In this document: positions 1 to 13,296 of the stretch, one piece after another
Position numbering within the stretch: the stretch's first letter is position 1
How the letters are laid out: each line of letters starts with the position of its first letter
Source: Eledone cirrhosa
Taxonomy: Eukaryota
Length of the DNA stretch: 64,000 nucleotides
Reading direction: 5' to 3'
NCBI GenBank assembly: GCA_964016885.1
Contig: CAXHJY010000768.1
Location: forward strand, 1 to 64,000
The notes under the pieces: model-generated
What the model was told of the DNA's origin: nothing
The model's input: the letters and a program-made list of their open reading frames with translations, nothing else
The model's database searches: none
Translations under genes and position numbers: made by a program

Positions 1-640
1 ATATATATACACACACAAATATATATATATATACACACAAATATATATATATATATACACAAATATATATATATATATACACACAAATATATATATATAT
101 ACACACAAATATATATATATATATACACAAATATATATATATATACACACAAATATATATATATATATACACAAATATATATATATATATACACACAAAT
201 ATATATATATATACACAAATATATATATATATACACACAAATATATATATATATACACAAATATATATATATATATACACACAAATATATATATATACAC
301 ACACATATATATATATATATACACAAATATATATATATATATATATATACACACAAATATATATATATATACACACAAATATATATATATATACACACAA
401 ATATATATATATATACACACAAATATATATATATATACACACAAATATATATATATATATACACACAAATATATATATATATATACACACAAATATATAT
501 ATATATACACACAAATATATATATATATACACACAAATCTATATATATATATACACACAAATATATATATATATACACAAATATATATATATATACACAC
601 AAATATATATATATACACACACATATATATATATATATAC

Positions 641-677
<37 letters not shown>

Positions 678-762
678 AATATATATATATATACACACAA
701 ATCTATATATATATACACACAAATATATATATATATACACACAAATCTATATACATATATAT
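1..762. repeat. Compound microsatellite, ACACACAA + (TA)n units
   Basis: Directly visible units of about 20-25 bp. Confidence 0.95.
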
Positions 763-764
763 AT

Positions 765-1032
765 CCAGGAAGCTCCAACCGTTAAGGTTGTCTTTTTTTT
801 CCGGGTATGTCAATATTTATTTATAAAACAAATCTGTATTTTATCTGATGAAGGCGCACCATAATTTCCCTTGGTCGCCCTTGAAATATGTATAATAAAA
901 TAAATATGGTTTTATAAATATAGTTTCCATTTATTAATATATTGTGTATTTACTCCACTAAACTGTTGAGTGCTTTATATCAGTTATAAAATGTTTAAGC
1001 TTGTTGAATCCCAACAAATTAAATATAACCTC

Positions 1033-1035
<3 letters not shown>
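765..1035 (+). mobile_element. Short non-coding hammerhead-bearing element, family F (Penelope-like derivative)
   Basis: Homologous to 1082-1535, 29561-29975, 42482-42760, 43635-44070 and 57366-57623; flanked by (TA)n. Confidence 0.75.
837..902 (+). ncRNA. Type I hammerhead ribozyme motif
   Basis: tattttat-CTGATGA-[aggcgcacca..tggtcgccctt]-GAAA-tatgta-TA-ataaaata; 8-bp stem I. Confidence 0.8.
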
Positions 1036-1081
<46 letters not shown>

Positions 1082-1083
<2 letters not shown>

Positions 1084-1535
1084 GATATTAAACAAATGGA
1101 AACTATATTTATAAAACCATGTTTATTTCGTTATATATATTTCTGGGATATCATATTAAAAATATGGTATGCCTTCCTCAGACAAAATACAATACATAAG
1201 CTGTTTTATAAATAATTATTGACATACCTTGTAATAATGCAACTTCTATTTAAAAAACTACCAAATCAACTTTTTAAATGGAAGTTGCATTATTATAAGG
1301 TATGTCAATAATTATTTATAAAACAGCTTATGTATTGTATTTTGTCTGAGGAAGGCATACCATATTTTTAATATGATATCCCAGAAATATATATAACGAA
1401 ATAAATATGGTTTTATAAATATAGTTTCCATTTGTTTAATATCGTAAACCTACTCCAGAAACTGTTGAGTGCTTTTATATCAGTTATAAAATATTTACTC
1501 GTTGTAACCCAACAATTTAAATAAAACTTTTGCAT
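1082..1535. mobile_element. Fold-back family-F element with inverted arms (about 1082-1256 / 1271-1446), each carrying a hammerhead (1124-1189 minus; 1338-1403 plus)
   Basis: Near-perfect inverted repeat of about 175 bp; tattttgt-CTGAGGA...GAAA-tatata-TA-acgaaata, with a compensatory stem I change relative to 837-902. Confidence 0.8.
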
Positions 1536-1741
1536 ATATATATATATATATATAATTAGTCCTGCATCAGTGATCTTCCAACCTTCATTGGTATTTCATC
1601 ACTTTAAACATCATATACCTCTAGTAGGCGCGAGCAATAATAAATAAAGTTATTGGGACAAGTAAAATAGGGTGAGGCGAGCGAGATATGTAAACAAACA
1701 ACGATGGTATGGCAACAGAAAGATAGAAAGAGACAAGCACA

Positions 1742-2135
1742 TCATCATCATCATCACCGTTTTACGTCCGTTCTTCCATGCTAGCATGGGTTAGACGGGT
1801 TGTCCTGTTGTGGGCAGTGTCTGGTCGGCTGACCATGCCTTGTTCATACAGGAACTGATTCTGGCTTGATTTCTACAGCTGGATGCCCTTCCTAACACCA
1901 ACCTCATTTACAGTGTGGGCTGGGTGCTTTTTTGCCGTGGCACCTCCACGACCACTTTACAGTGGAATGATAGGGACCCCAGTCCCTATCATCTCATTTC
2001 TACAGCTGAGTAAACTGGAGCAATGTGAAATAATGTGTCTTGCTCAAGGAAACAACACATCACCCGGTCTGAGAATTCAACTCACAACCTTCCGATTGCA
2101 AGCCCAATGCTCTAACCACTAAGCCATGTGCCTCC
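1742..2135 (-). mobile_element. tRNA-derived SINE family A (CORE-like domain, (GAT)n tail)
   Basis: Minus strand: A-box TGGCTTAGTGG, B-box-like GAGTTGAATTC, CCTTGAGCAAGACAC core-like motif; multiple copies in the window. Confidence 0.8.
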
Positions 2136-2157
2136 ATATATATATATATGTATGTGT

Positions 2158-5100
2158 GTAGAGAAGACCCACCTTCCCTGGCATACAAAGCTAGTCAGTA
2201 GACACCTCTTAACCCAATATACACCCCACACACCATCCTCCCGTTCTGTCCACTGTGTCGGTGACACAACAGTCCACACGGTAAAAAGGCTCCCAGTCCA
2301 CACTGTAAGGTGGTCGTGTAGGAGACACGGTAAAAAGGCTCCCAGTCCACACTGTAAGGTGGTTGTGTAGGAGACACGGTAAAAAGGCTCCCAGTCCACT
2401 CTGTAAGGTGGTCATGTAGGAGACACAGTAAAAAGGCTCCCAGTCCACTCTGTAAGGTGGTCATGTAGGAGACACAGTAAAAAGGCTCCCAGTCCACTCT
2501 GTAAGGTGGTTGTGTAGGAGACACGGTAAAAAGGCTCCCAGTCCACTCTGTAAGATGGTTGTGTAGGAGACACGGTAAAAAGGCTCCCAGTCCACACTGA
2601 AAAGTGGTTGTGTAGGAGACACGGTAAAAAGGCTCCCAGTCCACACTGTAAGGTGGTCATGTAGGAGACACGGTAAAAAGGCTCCCAGTCCACACTGTAA
2701 AGTGGTCATGTAGGAGACACGGTAAAAAGGCTCCCAGTCCACTCTGTAAGGTGGTCATGTAGGAGACACGGTAAAAAGGCTCCCAGTCCACACTGTAAGG
2801 TGGTCATGTAGGAGACACAGTAAAAAGGCTCCCAGTCCACACTGAAAAGTGGTTGTGTAGGAGACAAGGTAAAAAGGCTCCCAGTCCACACTGTAAGGTG
2901 GTCGTGTAGGAGACACGGTAAAAAGGCTCCCAGTCCACTCTGTAAGGTGGTTGTGTAGGAGACACGGTAAAAAGGCTCCCAGTCCACACTGTAAGGTGGT
3001 CATGTAGGAGACACGGTAAAAAGGCTCCCAGTCCACACTGTAAGGTGGTTGTGTAGGAGACACGGTAAAAAGGCTCCCAGTCCACACTGAAAAGTGGTTG
3101 TGTAGGAGACACGGTAAAAAGGCTCCCAGTCCACACTGTAAGGTGGTTGTGTAGGAGACATGGTAAAAAGGCTCCCAGTCCACTCTGTAAGGTGGTCATG
3201 TAGGAGACACAGTAAAAAGGCTCCCAGTCCACTCTGTAAGGTGGTCATGTAGGAGACACAGTAAAAAGGCTCCCAGTCCACTCTGTAAGGTGGTTGTGTA
3301 GGAGACACAGTAAAAAGGCTCCCAGTCCACTCTGTAAGGTGGTCATGTAGGAGACACGGTAAAAAGGCTCCCAGTCCACTCTGTAAGGTGGTCATGTAGG
3401 AGACACAGTAAAAAGGCTCCCAGTCCACTCTGTAAGGTGGCCGTGTAGGAGACACGGTAAAAAGGCTCCCAGTCCACACTGTAAGGTGGTCATGTAGGAG
3501 ACACGGTAAAAAGGCTCCCAGTCCACTCTGTAAGGTGGCCGTGTAGGAGACACGGTAAAAAGGCTCCCAGTCCACACTGTAAGGTGGTCATGTAGGAGAC
3601 ACAGTAAAAAGGCTCCCAGTCCACTCTGTAAGGTGGCCGTGTAGGAGACACGGTAAAAAGGCTCCCAGTCCACACTGTAAGGTGGTCATGTAGGAGACAC
3701 AGTAAAAAGGCTCCCAGTCCACTCTGTAAGGTGGTCATGTAGGAGACACAGTAAAAAGGCTCCCAGTCCACACTGTAAGGTGGCCGTGTAGGAGACACGG
3801 TAAAAAGGCTCCCAGTCCACACTGTAAGGTGGTCGTGTAGGAGACACGGTAAAAAGGCTCCCAGTCCACACTGTAAGGTGGTCATGTAGGAGACACAGTA
3901 AAAAGGCTCCCAGTCCACTCTGTAAGGTGGTCATGTAGGAGACACGGTAAAAAGGCTCCCAGTCCACTCTGTAAGGTGGTTGTGTAGGAGACACGGTAAA
4001 AAGGCTCCCAGTCCACACTGTAAGGTGGCCGTGTAGGAGACACAGTAAAAAGGCTCCCAGTCCACACTGTAAGGTGGTCATGTAGGAGACACAGTAAAAA
4101 GGCTCCCAGTCCACACTGTAAGGTGGCCGTGTAGGAGACACGGTAAAAAGGCTCCCAGTCCACACTGTAAGGTGGTCGTGTAGGAGACACAGTAAAAAGG
4201 CTCCCAGTCCACACTGTAAGGTGGTCGTGTAGGAGACACGGTAAAAAGGCTCCCAGTCCACACTGTAAGGTGGTCGTGTAGGAGACACAGTAAAAAGGCT
4301 CCCAGTCCACTCTGTAAGGTGGCCGTGTAGGAGACACAGTAAAAAGGCTCCCAGTCCACACTGTAAGGTGGCCGTGTAGGAGACACAGTAAAAAGGCTCC
4401 CAGTCCACACTGTAAGGTGGTCGTGTAGGAGACACGGTAAAAAGGCTCCCAGTCCACACTGTAAGGTGGCCATGTAGGAGACACAGTAAAAAGGCTCCCA
4501 GTCCACACTGTAAGGTGGCCGTGTAGGAGACACAGTAAAAAGGCTCCCAGTCCACACTGTAAGGTGGTCGTGTAGGAGACACGGTAAAAAGGCTCCCAGT
4601 CCACTCTGTAAGGTGGCCGTGTAGGAGACACGGTAAAAAGGCTCCCAGTCCACACTGTAAGGTGGTCATGTAGGAGACACAGTAAAAAGGCTCCCAGTCC
4701 ACTCTGTAAGGTGGTCATGTAGGAGACACAGTAAAAAGGCTCCCAGTCCACACTGTAAGGTGGCCGTGTAGGAGACACGGTAAAAAGGCTCCCAGTCCAC
4801 ACTGTAAGGTGGTCGTGTAGGAGACACGGTAAAAAGGCTCCCAGTCCACACTGTAAGGTGGTCATGTAGGAGACACAGTAAAAAGGCTCCCAGTCCACTC
4901 TGTAAGGTGGTCATGTAGGAGACACGGTAAAAAGGCTCCCAGTCCACTCTGTAAGGTGGTTGTGTAGGAGACACGGTAAAAAGGCTCCCAGTCCACACTG
5001 TAAGGTGGCCGTGTAGGAGACACAGTAAAAAGGCTCCCAGTCCACACTGTAAGGTGGTCATGTAGGAGACACAGTAAAAAGGCTCCCAGTCCACACTGTA

Positions 5101-6186
5101 AGGTGGCCGTGTAGGAGACACGGTAAAAAGGCTCCCAGTCCACACTGTAAGGTGGTCGTGTAGGAGACACGGTAAAAAGGCTCCCAGTCCACACTGTAAG
5201 GTGGTCGTGTAGGAGACACGGTAAAAAGGCTCCCAGTCCACACTGTAAGGTGGTCATGTAGGAGACACAGTAAAAAGGCTCCCAGTCCACTCTGTAAGGT
5301 GGCCGTGTAGGAGACACAGTAAAAAGGCTCCCAGTCCACACTGTAAGGTGGTCATGTAGGAGACACAGTAAAAAGGCTCCCAGTCCACACTGTAAGGTGG
5401 CCGTGTAGGAGACACGGTAAAAAGGCTCCCAGTCCACACTGTAAGGTGGTCGTGTAGGAGACACAGTAAAAAGGCTCCCAGTCCACACTGTAAGGTGGTC
5501 GTGTAGGAGACACGGTAAAAAGGCTCCCAGTCCACACTGTAAGGTGGTCGTGTAGGAGACACAGTAAAAAGGCTCCCAGTCCACTCTGTAAGGTGGCCGT
5601 GTAGGAGACACAGTAAAAAGGCTCCCAGTCCACACTGTAAGGTGGCCGTGTAGGAGACACAGTAAAAAGGCTCCCAGTCCACACTGTAAGGTGGTCGTGT
5701 AGGAGACACGGTAAAAAGGCTCCCAGTCCACACTGTAAGGTGGTCGTGTAGGAGACACAGTAAAAAGGCTCCCAGTCCACACTGTAAGGTGGTCGTGTAG
5801 GAGACACGGTAAAAAGGCTCCCAGTCCACACTGTAAGGTGGTCGTGTAGGAGACACAGTAAAAAGGCTCCCAGTCCACACTGTAAGGTGGTCGTGTAGGA
5901 GACACAGTAAAAAGGCTCCCAGTCCACACTGTAAGGTGGCCGTGTAGGAGACACGGTAAAAAGGCTCCCAGTCCACACTGTAAGGTGGTCGTGTAGGAGA
6001 CACGGTAAAAAGGCTCCCAGTCCACACTGTAAGGTGGTCGTGTAGGAGACATGGTAAAAAGGCTCCCAGACCACTCTGTAAGGTGGTCGTGTTAGGAAGG
6101 ACATCCAGCTGTAAAAAACCTGCCAGAGACACTTCCATACGAGCAAGACACGGTCTCCTGACTTTCCGCAGGTAATAGGGACGTTA

Positions 6187-6221
<35 letters not shown>

Positions 6222-6235
6222 CTATGATGATGATA
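2158..6235 (+). mobile_element. 3' end of an RTE-clade LINE with an internally expanded 49-bp array
   Basis: 2161-2230 aligns to 48170-48242 (end of the RTE ORF and start of its 3' UTR); 6090-6235 matches the shared tail GTGTTAGGAAGG(G/A)CATCCAGC...GGACGTTA(GAT)n. Confidence 0.75.
2271..6090 (+). repeat. 49-bp minisatellite, about 77 copies (AGTCCACACTGTAAGGTGGTCGTGTAGGAGACACGGTAAAAAGGCTCCC)
   Basis: Exact 49-bp periodicity with a few variable positions and no spacers. Confidence 0.97.
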
Positions 6236-6550
6236 GATATTGTGTTAAGGACAAAAGGGGTGAGAAGACATTTCAGTTATGTCAAAGACATGAGAAACTC
6301 CTGGGGAGAGAAGGGCAGGGGGTGTAAGGGGGTGGGAGGAGAGCTTGGTGAGTGGGGGGATATAGGGAGGGGCGGGAGAGGGAGAGATGGGGAGGAAAGA
6401 AATACAAGAACACAGAAGAGGGAGGAAGAAAGATAGAGACATGTAGTATGTCCCCTCTGCCCTGGGGATATATTAGATGACATTTCAAAGTATGTTACAG
6501 TTGATTACTTCATTTGACATGGCTGACTGACTTACTGGCCAATTACTTTT

Positions 6551-6665
6551 TATACACACATACATATATATATACACACGCACATATATATATACACACG
6601 CACATATATATATATATACACACACATATATATATATATACACACACACACATATATATATATAT

Positions 6666-6696
<31 letters not shown>

Positions 6697-6731
6697 CACA
6701 CACATATACATATATATATATATATACACAC

Positions 6732-6814
<83 letters not shown>

Positions 6815-6825
6815 TATATATATAT

Positions 6826-6856
<31 letters not shown>

Positions 6857-6923
6857 CACACACACATATATATATACACACATATATACACACACATATA
6901 TACACACACACATATATATATAT

Positions 6924-6956
<33 letters not shown>

Positions 6957-7033
6957 CACACGTATATATATATATATATATACACACACACATATATATA
7001 TATACACACACATGCATATATATATACACACAC

Positions 7034-7074
<41 letters not shown>

Positions 7075-7937
7075 TACACACACACACACACACATATATA
7101 TATACATACATACACACACACACACACATATATACACATATATATACACACACACATAATATACATACACACACACACATATATATACATATATACAAAC
7201 ACACATATACATATACATATACACATATACATATATACACAGATACCTCACAGCTGAACATAAACGTATACATGCACACATACACAGACATGCACATATA
7301 TATATATCTGCCCACACACACATACATATACTTACACACACATACATGTACACACAATTACACAAACATGTACACACACACACACATATATAAACACAGA
7401 CATGTATATACACACACACACAGAAACATACACACATGTATATACACACACAGACATGTATATACACACATGTATATATATATGTACACACATGTATATA
7501 CACACATATATACATATACACACATATATATATACATACACACATGTATATATACACACATGTATATATACACACACACATATATACACACATGTATATA
7601 TATATATGTATACACATGTATATACACACATATATATACACACATGTATATACACACACACATGTATATATACACACATATATACATGTACACACATATA
7701 TATTCATACATGTATATATATGTACACATATATATACATACATGTATATATATGTACAAATATATATACATACATGTATATATATGTACAAATATATATA
7801 CATACATGTATATATATGTACAAATATATATACATACATGTATATACACACACATATATACACATGTATATACACATACACATATATACACATGTATATA
7901 CACACACAAATATATACACATGTATATACACACACAA

Positions 7938-7970
<33 letters not shown>

Positions 7971-7978
7971 TACATACA
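6551..7978. repeat. (TA)n/(CA)n compound microsatellite
   Basis: Directly visible. Confidence 0.95.
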
Positions 7979-8056
7979 GCTAACCCCCCACCCCCTCCAC
8001 AGAGAGCCTAATCTTAATAATTACACATATATAGAGTTACACACACACACATACAC

Positions 8057-11000
8057 ATGGTGGTGGTGGTGGTGGTGTGGTGGTAGTGGTGGTGTTGGCG
8101 GTGGTGGTGGTGATGGTGTTGGTTGTAGTGGTAGTGGCTGTGGTGGTGGTGTTGGCAGTGGTGGTGGTGGTGTTGGCTGTAGTGGTAGTGGCTGTGGTGG
8201 TGGTATTGGTGGTGGTGTTGGCAGTAGTGGTGGTGGTGGTGTTGGTTGTAGTGGTAGTGGCTGTGGTGGTGGTGTTGGCAGTGGTGGTGGTGGTGTTGGC
8301 TGTAGTGGTAGTGGCTGTGGTGGTGGTATTGGTGGTGGTGTTGGCAGTAGTGGTGGTGGTGGTGTTGGTTGTAGTGGTAGTGGCTGTGGTGGTGGTGTTG
8401 GCAGTGGTGGTGGTGGTGTTGGCTGTAGTGGTAGTGGCTGTGGTGTTGGTGTTGGTGGTAGTGGCTGTGGTGTTGGCAGTAGTGGTGGTGGTGGTGGTGT
8501 TGGTTGTAGTGGTAGTGGCTGTGGTGGTGGTGTTGGCAGTGGTGGTGGTGGTGTTGGCTGTAGTGGTAGTGGCTGTGGTGTTGGTGTTGGTGGTAGTGGC
8601 TGTGGTGTTGGCAGTAGTGGTGGTGGTGGTGGTGTTGGTTGTAGTGGTAGTGGCTGTGGTGGTGGTGTTGGCAGTGGTGTTGGCTGTAGTGGTAGTGGTT
8701 GTGGTGGTGGTATTGGTGGTGGTGGTGGTGTTGTCTGTAGTGGTAGTGGCTGTGGTGTTGGTGTTGGTGGTAGTGGCTGTGGTGGTGGTGGTGTTGGTGG
8801 TGGTTGTAGTGGCTGTGGTGGTGGTATTGGTGGTGGTGGTGGTGTTGGCTGTAGTGGTAGTGGTTGTGGTGGTGGTATTGGTGGTGGTGGTGGTGTTGTC
8901 TGTAGTGGTAGTGGCTGTGGTGTTGGTGTTGGTGGTAGTGGCTGTGGTGGTGGTGGTGTTGGTGGTGGTTGTAGTGGCTGTGGTGGTGGTATTGGTGGTG
9001 GTGGTGGTGTTGGCTGTAGTGGTAGTGGTTGTGGTGGTGGTATTGGTGGTGGTGGTGGTGTTGTCTGTAGTGGTAGTGGCTGTGGTGTTGGTGTTGGTGG
9101 TAGTGGCTGTGGTGGTGGTGTTGGCAGTGGTGGTGGTGGTGTTGGCTGTAGTGGTAGTGGCTGTGGTGGTGGTGTTGGCAGTGGTGGTGGTGGTGTTGGT
9201 TGTAGTGGTAGTGGCTGTGGTGGTGGTGTTGGCAGTGGTGGTGGTGGTGGTGTTGGTTGTAGTGGTAGTGGCTGTGGTGGTGGTGTTGGCAGTGGTGGTG
9301 GTGGTGTTGGCAGTGGTGGTGGTGGTGGTGGTGGTGGTGGTGTTGGCAGTGGTGGTGGTGGTGTTGGTTGTAGTGGTAGTGGCTGTGGTGGTGGTGTTGG
9401 TTGTAGTGGTAGTGGCTGTGGTGTTGGTTGTAGTGGTAGTGGCTGTGGTGTTGGTGTTGGCAGTGGTGGTGGTGGTGTTGGTTGTAGTGGTAGTGGCTGT
9501 GGTGGTGGTGTTGGTTGTAGTGGTAGTGGCTGTGGTGGTGGTGTTGGTTGTAGTGGTAGTGGCTGTGGTGGTGGTGTTGGTTGTAGTGGTAGTGGCTGTG
9601 GTAGTGGTAGTGGTTGTAGTGGTAGTGGCTGTGGTGGTGGTGGTGTTGGCAGTGGTGGTGGTGGTGTTGGCAGTGGTGGTGGTGGTGTTGGCAGTGGTGG
9701 TGGTGGTGGTGTTGGTTGTAGTGGTAGTGGCTGTGGTGGTGGTGTTGGTTGTAGTGGTAGTGGCTGTGGTGGTGGTGTTGGCAGTGGTGGTGGTGATGGT
9801 GTTGGTTGTAGTGGTAGTGGCTGTGGTGGTGGTGTTGGTTGTAGTGGTAGTGGCTGTGGTGGTGGTGTTGGTTGTAGTGGTAGTGGCTGTGGTGGTGGTG
9901 GTGTTGGCAGTGGTGGTGGTGGTGTTGGCAGTGGTGGTGGTGGTGTTGGCAGTGGTGGTGGTGGTGGTGTTGGTTGTAGTGGTAGTGGCTGTGGTGGTGG
10001 TGTTAGTGGTGGTGGTGGTGTTGGCAGTGGTGGTGGTGGTGGTGGTTGTAGTGGTAGTGGCTGTGGTGGTGGTGTTGGCAGTGGTGGTGGTGGTGTTGGC
10101 AGTGGTGGTGGTGGTGGTGGTTGTAGTGGTAGTGGCTGTGGTGGTGGTGTTGGCAGTGGTGGTGGTGGTGTTGGCAGTGGTGGTGGTGGTGTTGGTTGTA
10201 GTGGTAGTGGCTGTGGTGGTGGTGTTAGTGGTGGTGGTGGTGTTGGCAGTGGTGGTGGTGGTGGTGGTTGTAGTGGTAGTGGCTGTGGTGGTGGTGTTGG
10301 CAGTGGTGGTGGTGGTGTTGGCAGTGGTGGTGGTGGTGGTGGTTGTAGTGGTAGTGGCTGTGGTGGTGGTGTTGGCAGTGGTGGTGGTGGTGTTGGCAGT
10401 GGTGGTGGTGGTGTTGGTTGTAGTGGTAGTGGCTGTGGTGGTGGTGTTGGCAGTGGTGGTGGTGGTGTTGGCAGTGGTGGTGGTGGTGTTGGCAGTGGTG
10501 GTGGTGGTGTTGGCAGTGGTGGTGGTGGTGGTGGTGGTTGTAGTGGTAGTGGCTGTGGTGGTGGTGTTGGCAGTGGTGGTGGTGGTGTTGGCAGTGGTGG
10601 TGGTGGTGTTGGCAGTGGTGGTGGTGGTGGTGTTGGTTGTAGTGGTAGTGGCTGTGGTGGTGGTGTTGGCAGTGGTGGTGGTGGTGTTGGCAGTGGTGGT
10701 GGTGGTGTTGGTTGTAGTGGTAGTGGCTGTGGTGGTGGTGTTGGCAGTGGTGGTGGTGGTGTTGGCAGTGGTGGTGGTGGTGTTGGCAGTGGTGGTGGTG
10801 GTGTTGGTTGTAGTGGTAGTGGCTGTGGTGGTGGTGTTGGCAGTGGTGGTGGTGGTGTTGGCAGTGGTGGTGGTGGTGTTGGCAGTGGTGGTGGTGGTGG
10901 TGTTGGTTGTAGTGGTAGTGGCTGTGGTGGTGGTGTTGGCAGTGGTGGTGGTGGTGTTGGCAGTGGTGGTGGTGGTGTTGGTTGTAGTGGTAGTGGCTGT

Positions 11001-11790
11001 GGTGGTGGTGTTGGCAGTGGTGGTGGTGGTGTTGGCAGTGGTGGTGGTGGTGTTGGCAGTGGTGGTGGTGGTGGTGGTGGTTGTAGTGGTAGTGGCTGTG
11101 GTGGTGGTGTTGGCAGTGGTGGTGGTGGTGTTGGCAGTGGTGGTGGTGGTGTTGGCAGTGGTGGTGGTGGTGGTGTTGGTTGTAGTGGTAGTGGCTGTGG
11201 TGGTGGTGTTAGTGGTGGTGGTGGTGTTGGCAGTGGTGGTGGTGGTTGTAGTGGTAGTGGCTGTGGTGGTGGTGTTGGTTGTAGTGGTAGTGGCTGTGGT
11301 GGTGGTGTTGGCAGTGGTGTTGGCAGTGGTGGTGGTGGTGGTGTTGGTTGTAGTGGTAGTGGCTGTGGTGGTGGTGTTGGTTGTAGTGGTAGTGGCTGTG
11401 GTGGTGGTTGTAGTGGTAGTGGCTGTGGTGGTGGTGTTGGCAGTGGTGGTGGTGGTGGTGTTGGTTGTAGTGGTAGTGGCTGTGGTGGTGGTGTTGGCAG
11501 TGGTGGTGGTGGTGTTGGCAGTGGTGGTGGTGGTGTTGGCAGTGGTGGTGGTGTTGGTTGTAGTGGTAGTGGCTGTGGTGGTGGTGTTGGCAGTGGTGGT
11601 GGTGGTGTTGGCAGTGGTGGTGGTGGTGTTGGCAGTGGTGGTGGTGTTGGTTGTAGTGGTAGTGGCTGTGGTGGTGGTTGTAGTGGTAGTGGCTGTGGTG
11701 GTGGTGTTGGCAGTGGTGGTGGTGGTGTTGGCAGTGGTGGTGGTGGTGGTTTTAGTGGTAGTGGCTGTGGTGGTGGTGTTGGCAATGGTT
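8057..11790 (+). repeat. (GGT)n-derived higher-order triplet repeat (modules GGTGTTGGCAGT and GGTTGTAGTGGTAGTGGCTGT)
   Basis: 3.7 kb of recurring triplet modules. Confidence 0.95.
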
Positions 11791-12178
11791 GGGTGTGGCA
11801 TATGTGTGAGGTAGGATGAGAGGGATGGGGTGGGGTGAGAGAGCTGGGGCAGGTGGGGGGGGGGGGGCACGAGGTGTGGGGTGAGGCCTTGAAGAATAAT
11901 TAGAGGAAAACATCAGCCTTCACTCAACTTTTCTGTTATTTGTGTATGTGAGGGTGTGTGTGTGTATGTATCAGTATATTTCTACATATGCATGTGTGTG
12001 TATGCGTATGTATATATATATGTATTAAGCATATATATATAAACAGATACACATATATACACACACATATATATACACACACACATATATACACACACAC
12101 ACACCTATATATACACACATATATACACACAAACATATATATATATACACACACATATACACACACACACACATATAT

Positions 12179-12225
<47 letters not shown>

Positions 12226-12320
12226 TATATCCCCACTCTCAAGAGTGAACCTAATACTAACACTTTGTACTGCCTCTTCGCTTTGTTTTTGTTTCTTTGT
12301 TTTAACCATAATACATATAT

Positions 12321-12662
12321 CATCATCATCATCGTCATCATTTTACGTCCACTTTTCCCTGCCTGCAAGGGTGGGACGGGAACTGATTCTGGCTTGATTT
12401 CTACAGCTGGATGCCCTTCCTAACACAAACCTCATTTACAGTGAGTGCTGGGTGCTTTTTTTGCCATGGCACCTCCACGTCCACTTTGCAGTGGAATGAT
12501 AGGGACCCCAGTCCCTATCATCTCATTTCTACAGCTGAGTAAACTGGAGCAATGTGAAATAAAGTGTCTTGCTCAAGGAAACAACACGTCACCCGGTCTG
12601 AGAATTGAACTCACAACCTTTCGATTGCAAGCCCAATGCCCTAACTACTAAGCTATGTGCCT
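12321..12662 (-). mobile_element. SINE family A, full length
   Basis: tRNA-like head, core-like motif, shared RTE-type tail and (GAT)n. Confidence 0.85.
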
Positions 12663-12684
12663 TTATATATATATATATATATAT

Positions 12685-13008
12685 AACAAAGGAGGTGTGG
12701 TAAAGAACCAGATGGACCATAACACAACAGAGTACTCAATACTTAGGGAAGTAGAGTGGGTAATAGGAAAAAGTTTAACCCCGACGGCAGAGCTCAAGCT
12801 GTCTCGACGGCTATTTCTGGACCAGAAATCGCCGTTAAAACAGCTTGAGCTCTGCTATCTGGGCCTAATATTTTTATATATATATATATATAGGAAAATG
12901 TATGACCCCTAGGGTCACACATTTTCCTATTACCCACTCTACTACCCTAAGTATTGAGTACTCTGGTTGGTTATGGTCCATCTGGTTTCTTACTACAACT
13001 CCGTTTTA
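12685..13008. mobile_element. Fold-back element family K with a truncated hammerhead 3' half (also 45120-45280 and 62036-62226)
   Basis: Inverted arms in three copies; the best copies read GAAA-cggc-ttgagctct-gccg-TC; CTGANGA is lost at the inversion junction. Confidence 0.65.
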
Positions 13009-13296
13009 TATCTATATAATTTTTTATGATTTAGTGTTAAGAAATAAAAAAAAATCTAATAAGAAAATAAAAATATATCTTTAAAAAATGTGCCAACCCC
13101 AGCAGAAGGGGTGTGGCCCCTAGTTATAGTTTATTTAGCTTTAAGTCCAACATTGGGGTTGCCTCTATCAACAGAACTTCTACAGTAAAAGAAGAAAATA
13201 GAAAAAAAAAAGACCAAAACTACCCCCCTTCCCCCCAAATGAATAGGGTACTGTTGGTGAAAGGGGGAAAAAGGGTTAAAATATTAAAGGACTTAC

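Noticed and set aside
2271-6090. CRISPR array or repeat protein (DWEPFYRVSY ORFs)
   Set aside because: Head-to-tail 49-bp units with no unique spacers and no cas genes, in a eukaryotic intron; the ORFs cycle through all three frames
7272-11870. Gly/Cys-rich structural protein, mucin or extensin (ORFs of 1245-1515 aa)
   Set aside because: Open in several frames on both strands because it is a triplet repeat; no signal peptide or plausible start, fused to (TA)n translation, and similar tracts nearby have stops in the same frames
1-13296. Next IA-2 exon (DGxGRTGTY..IDMVL)
   Set aside because: Not found in the non-repetitive stretches I read; it presumably lies beyond the window
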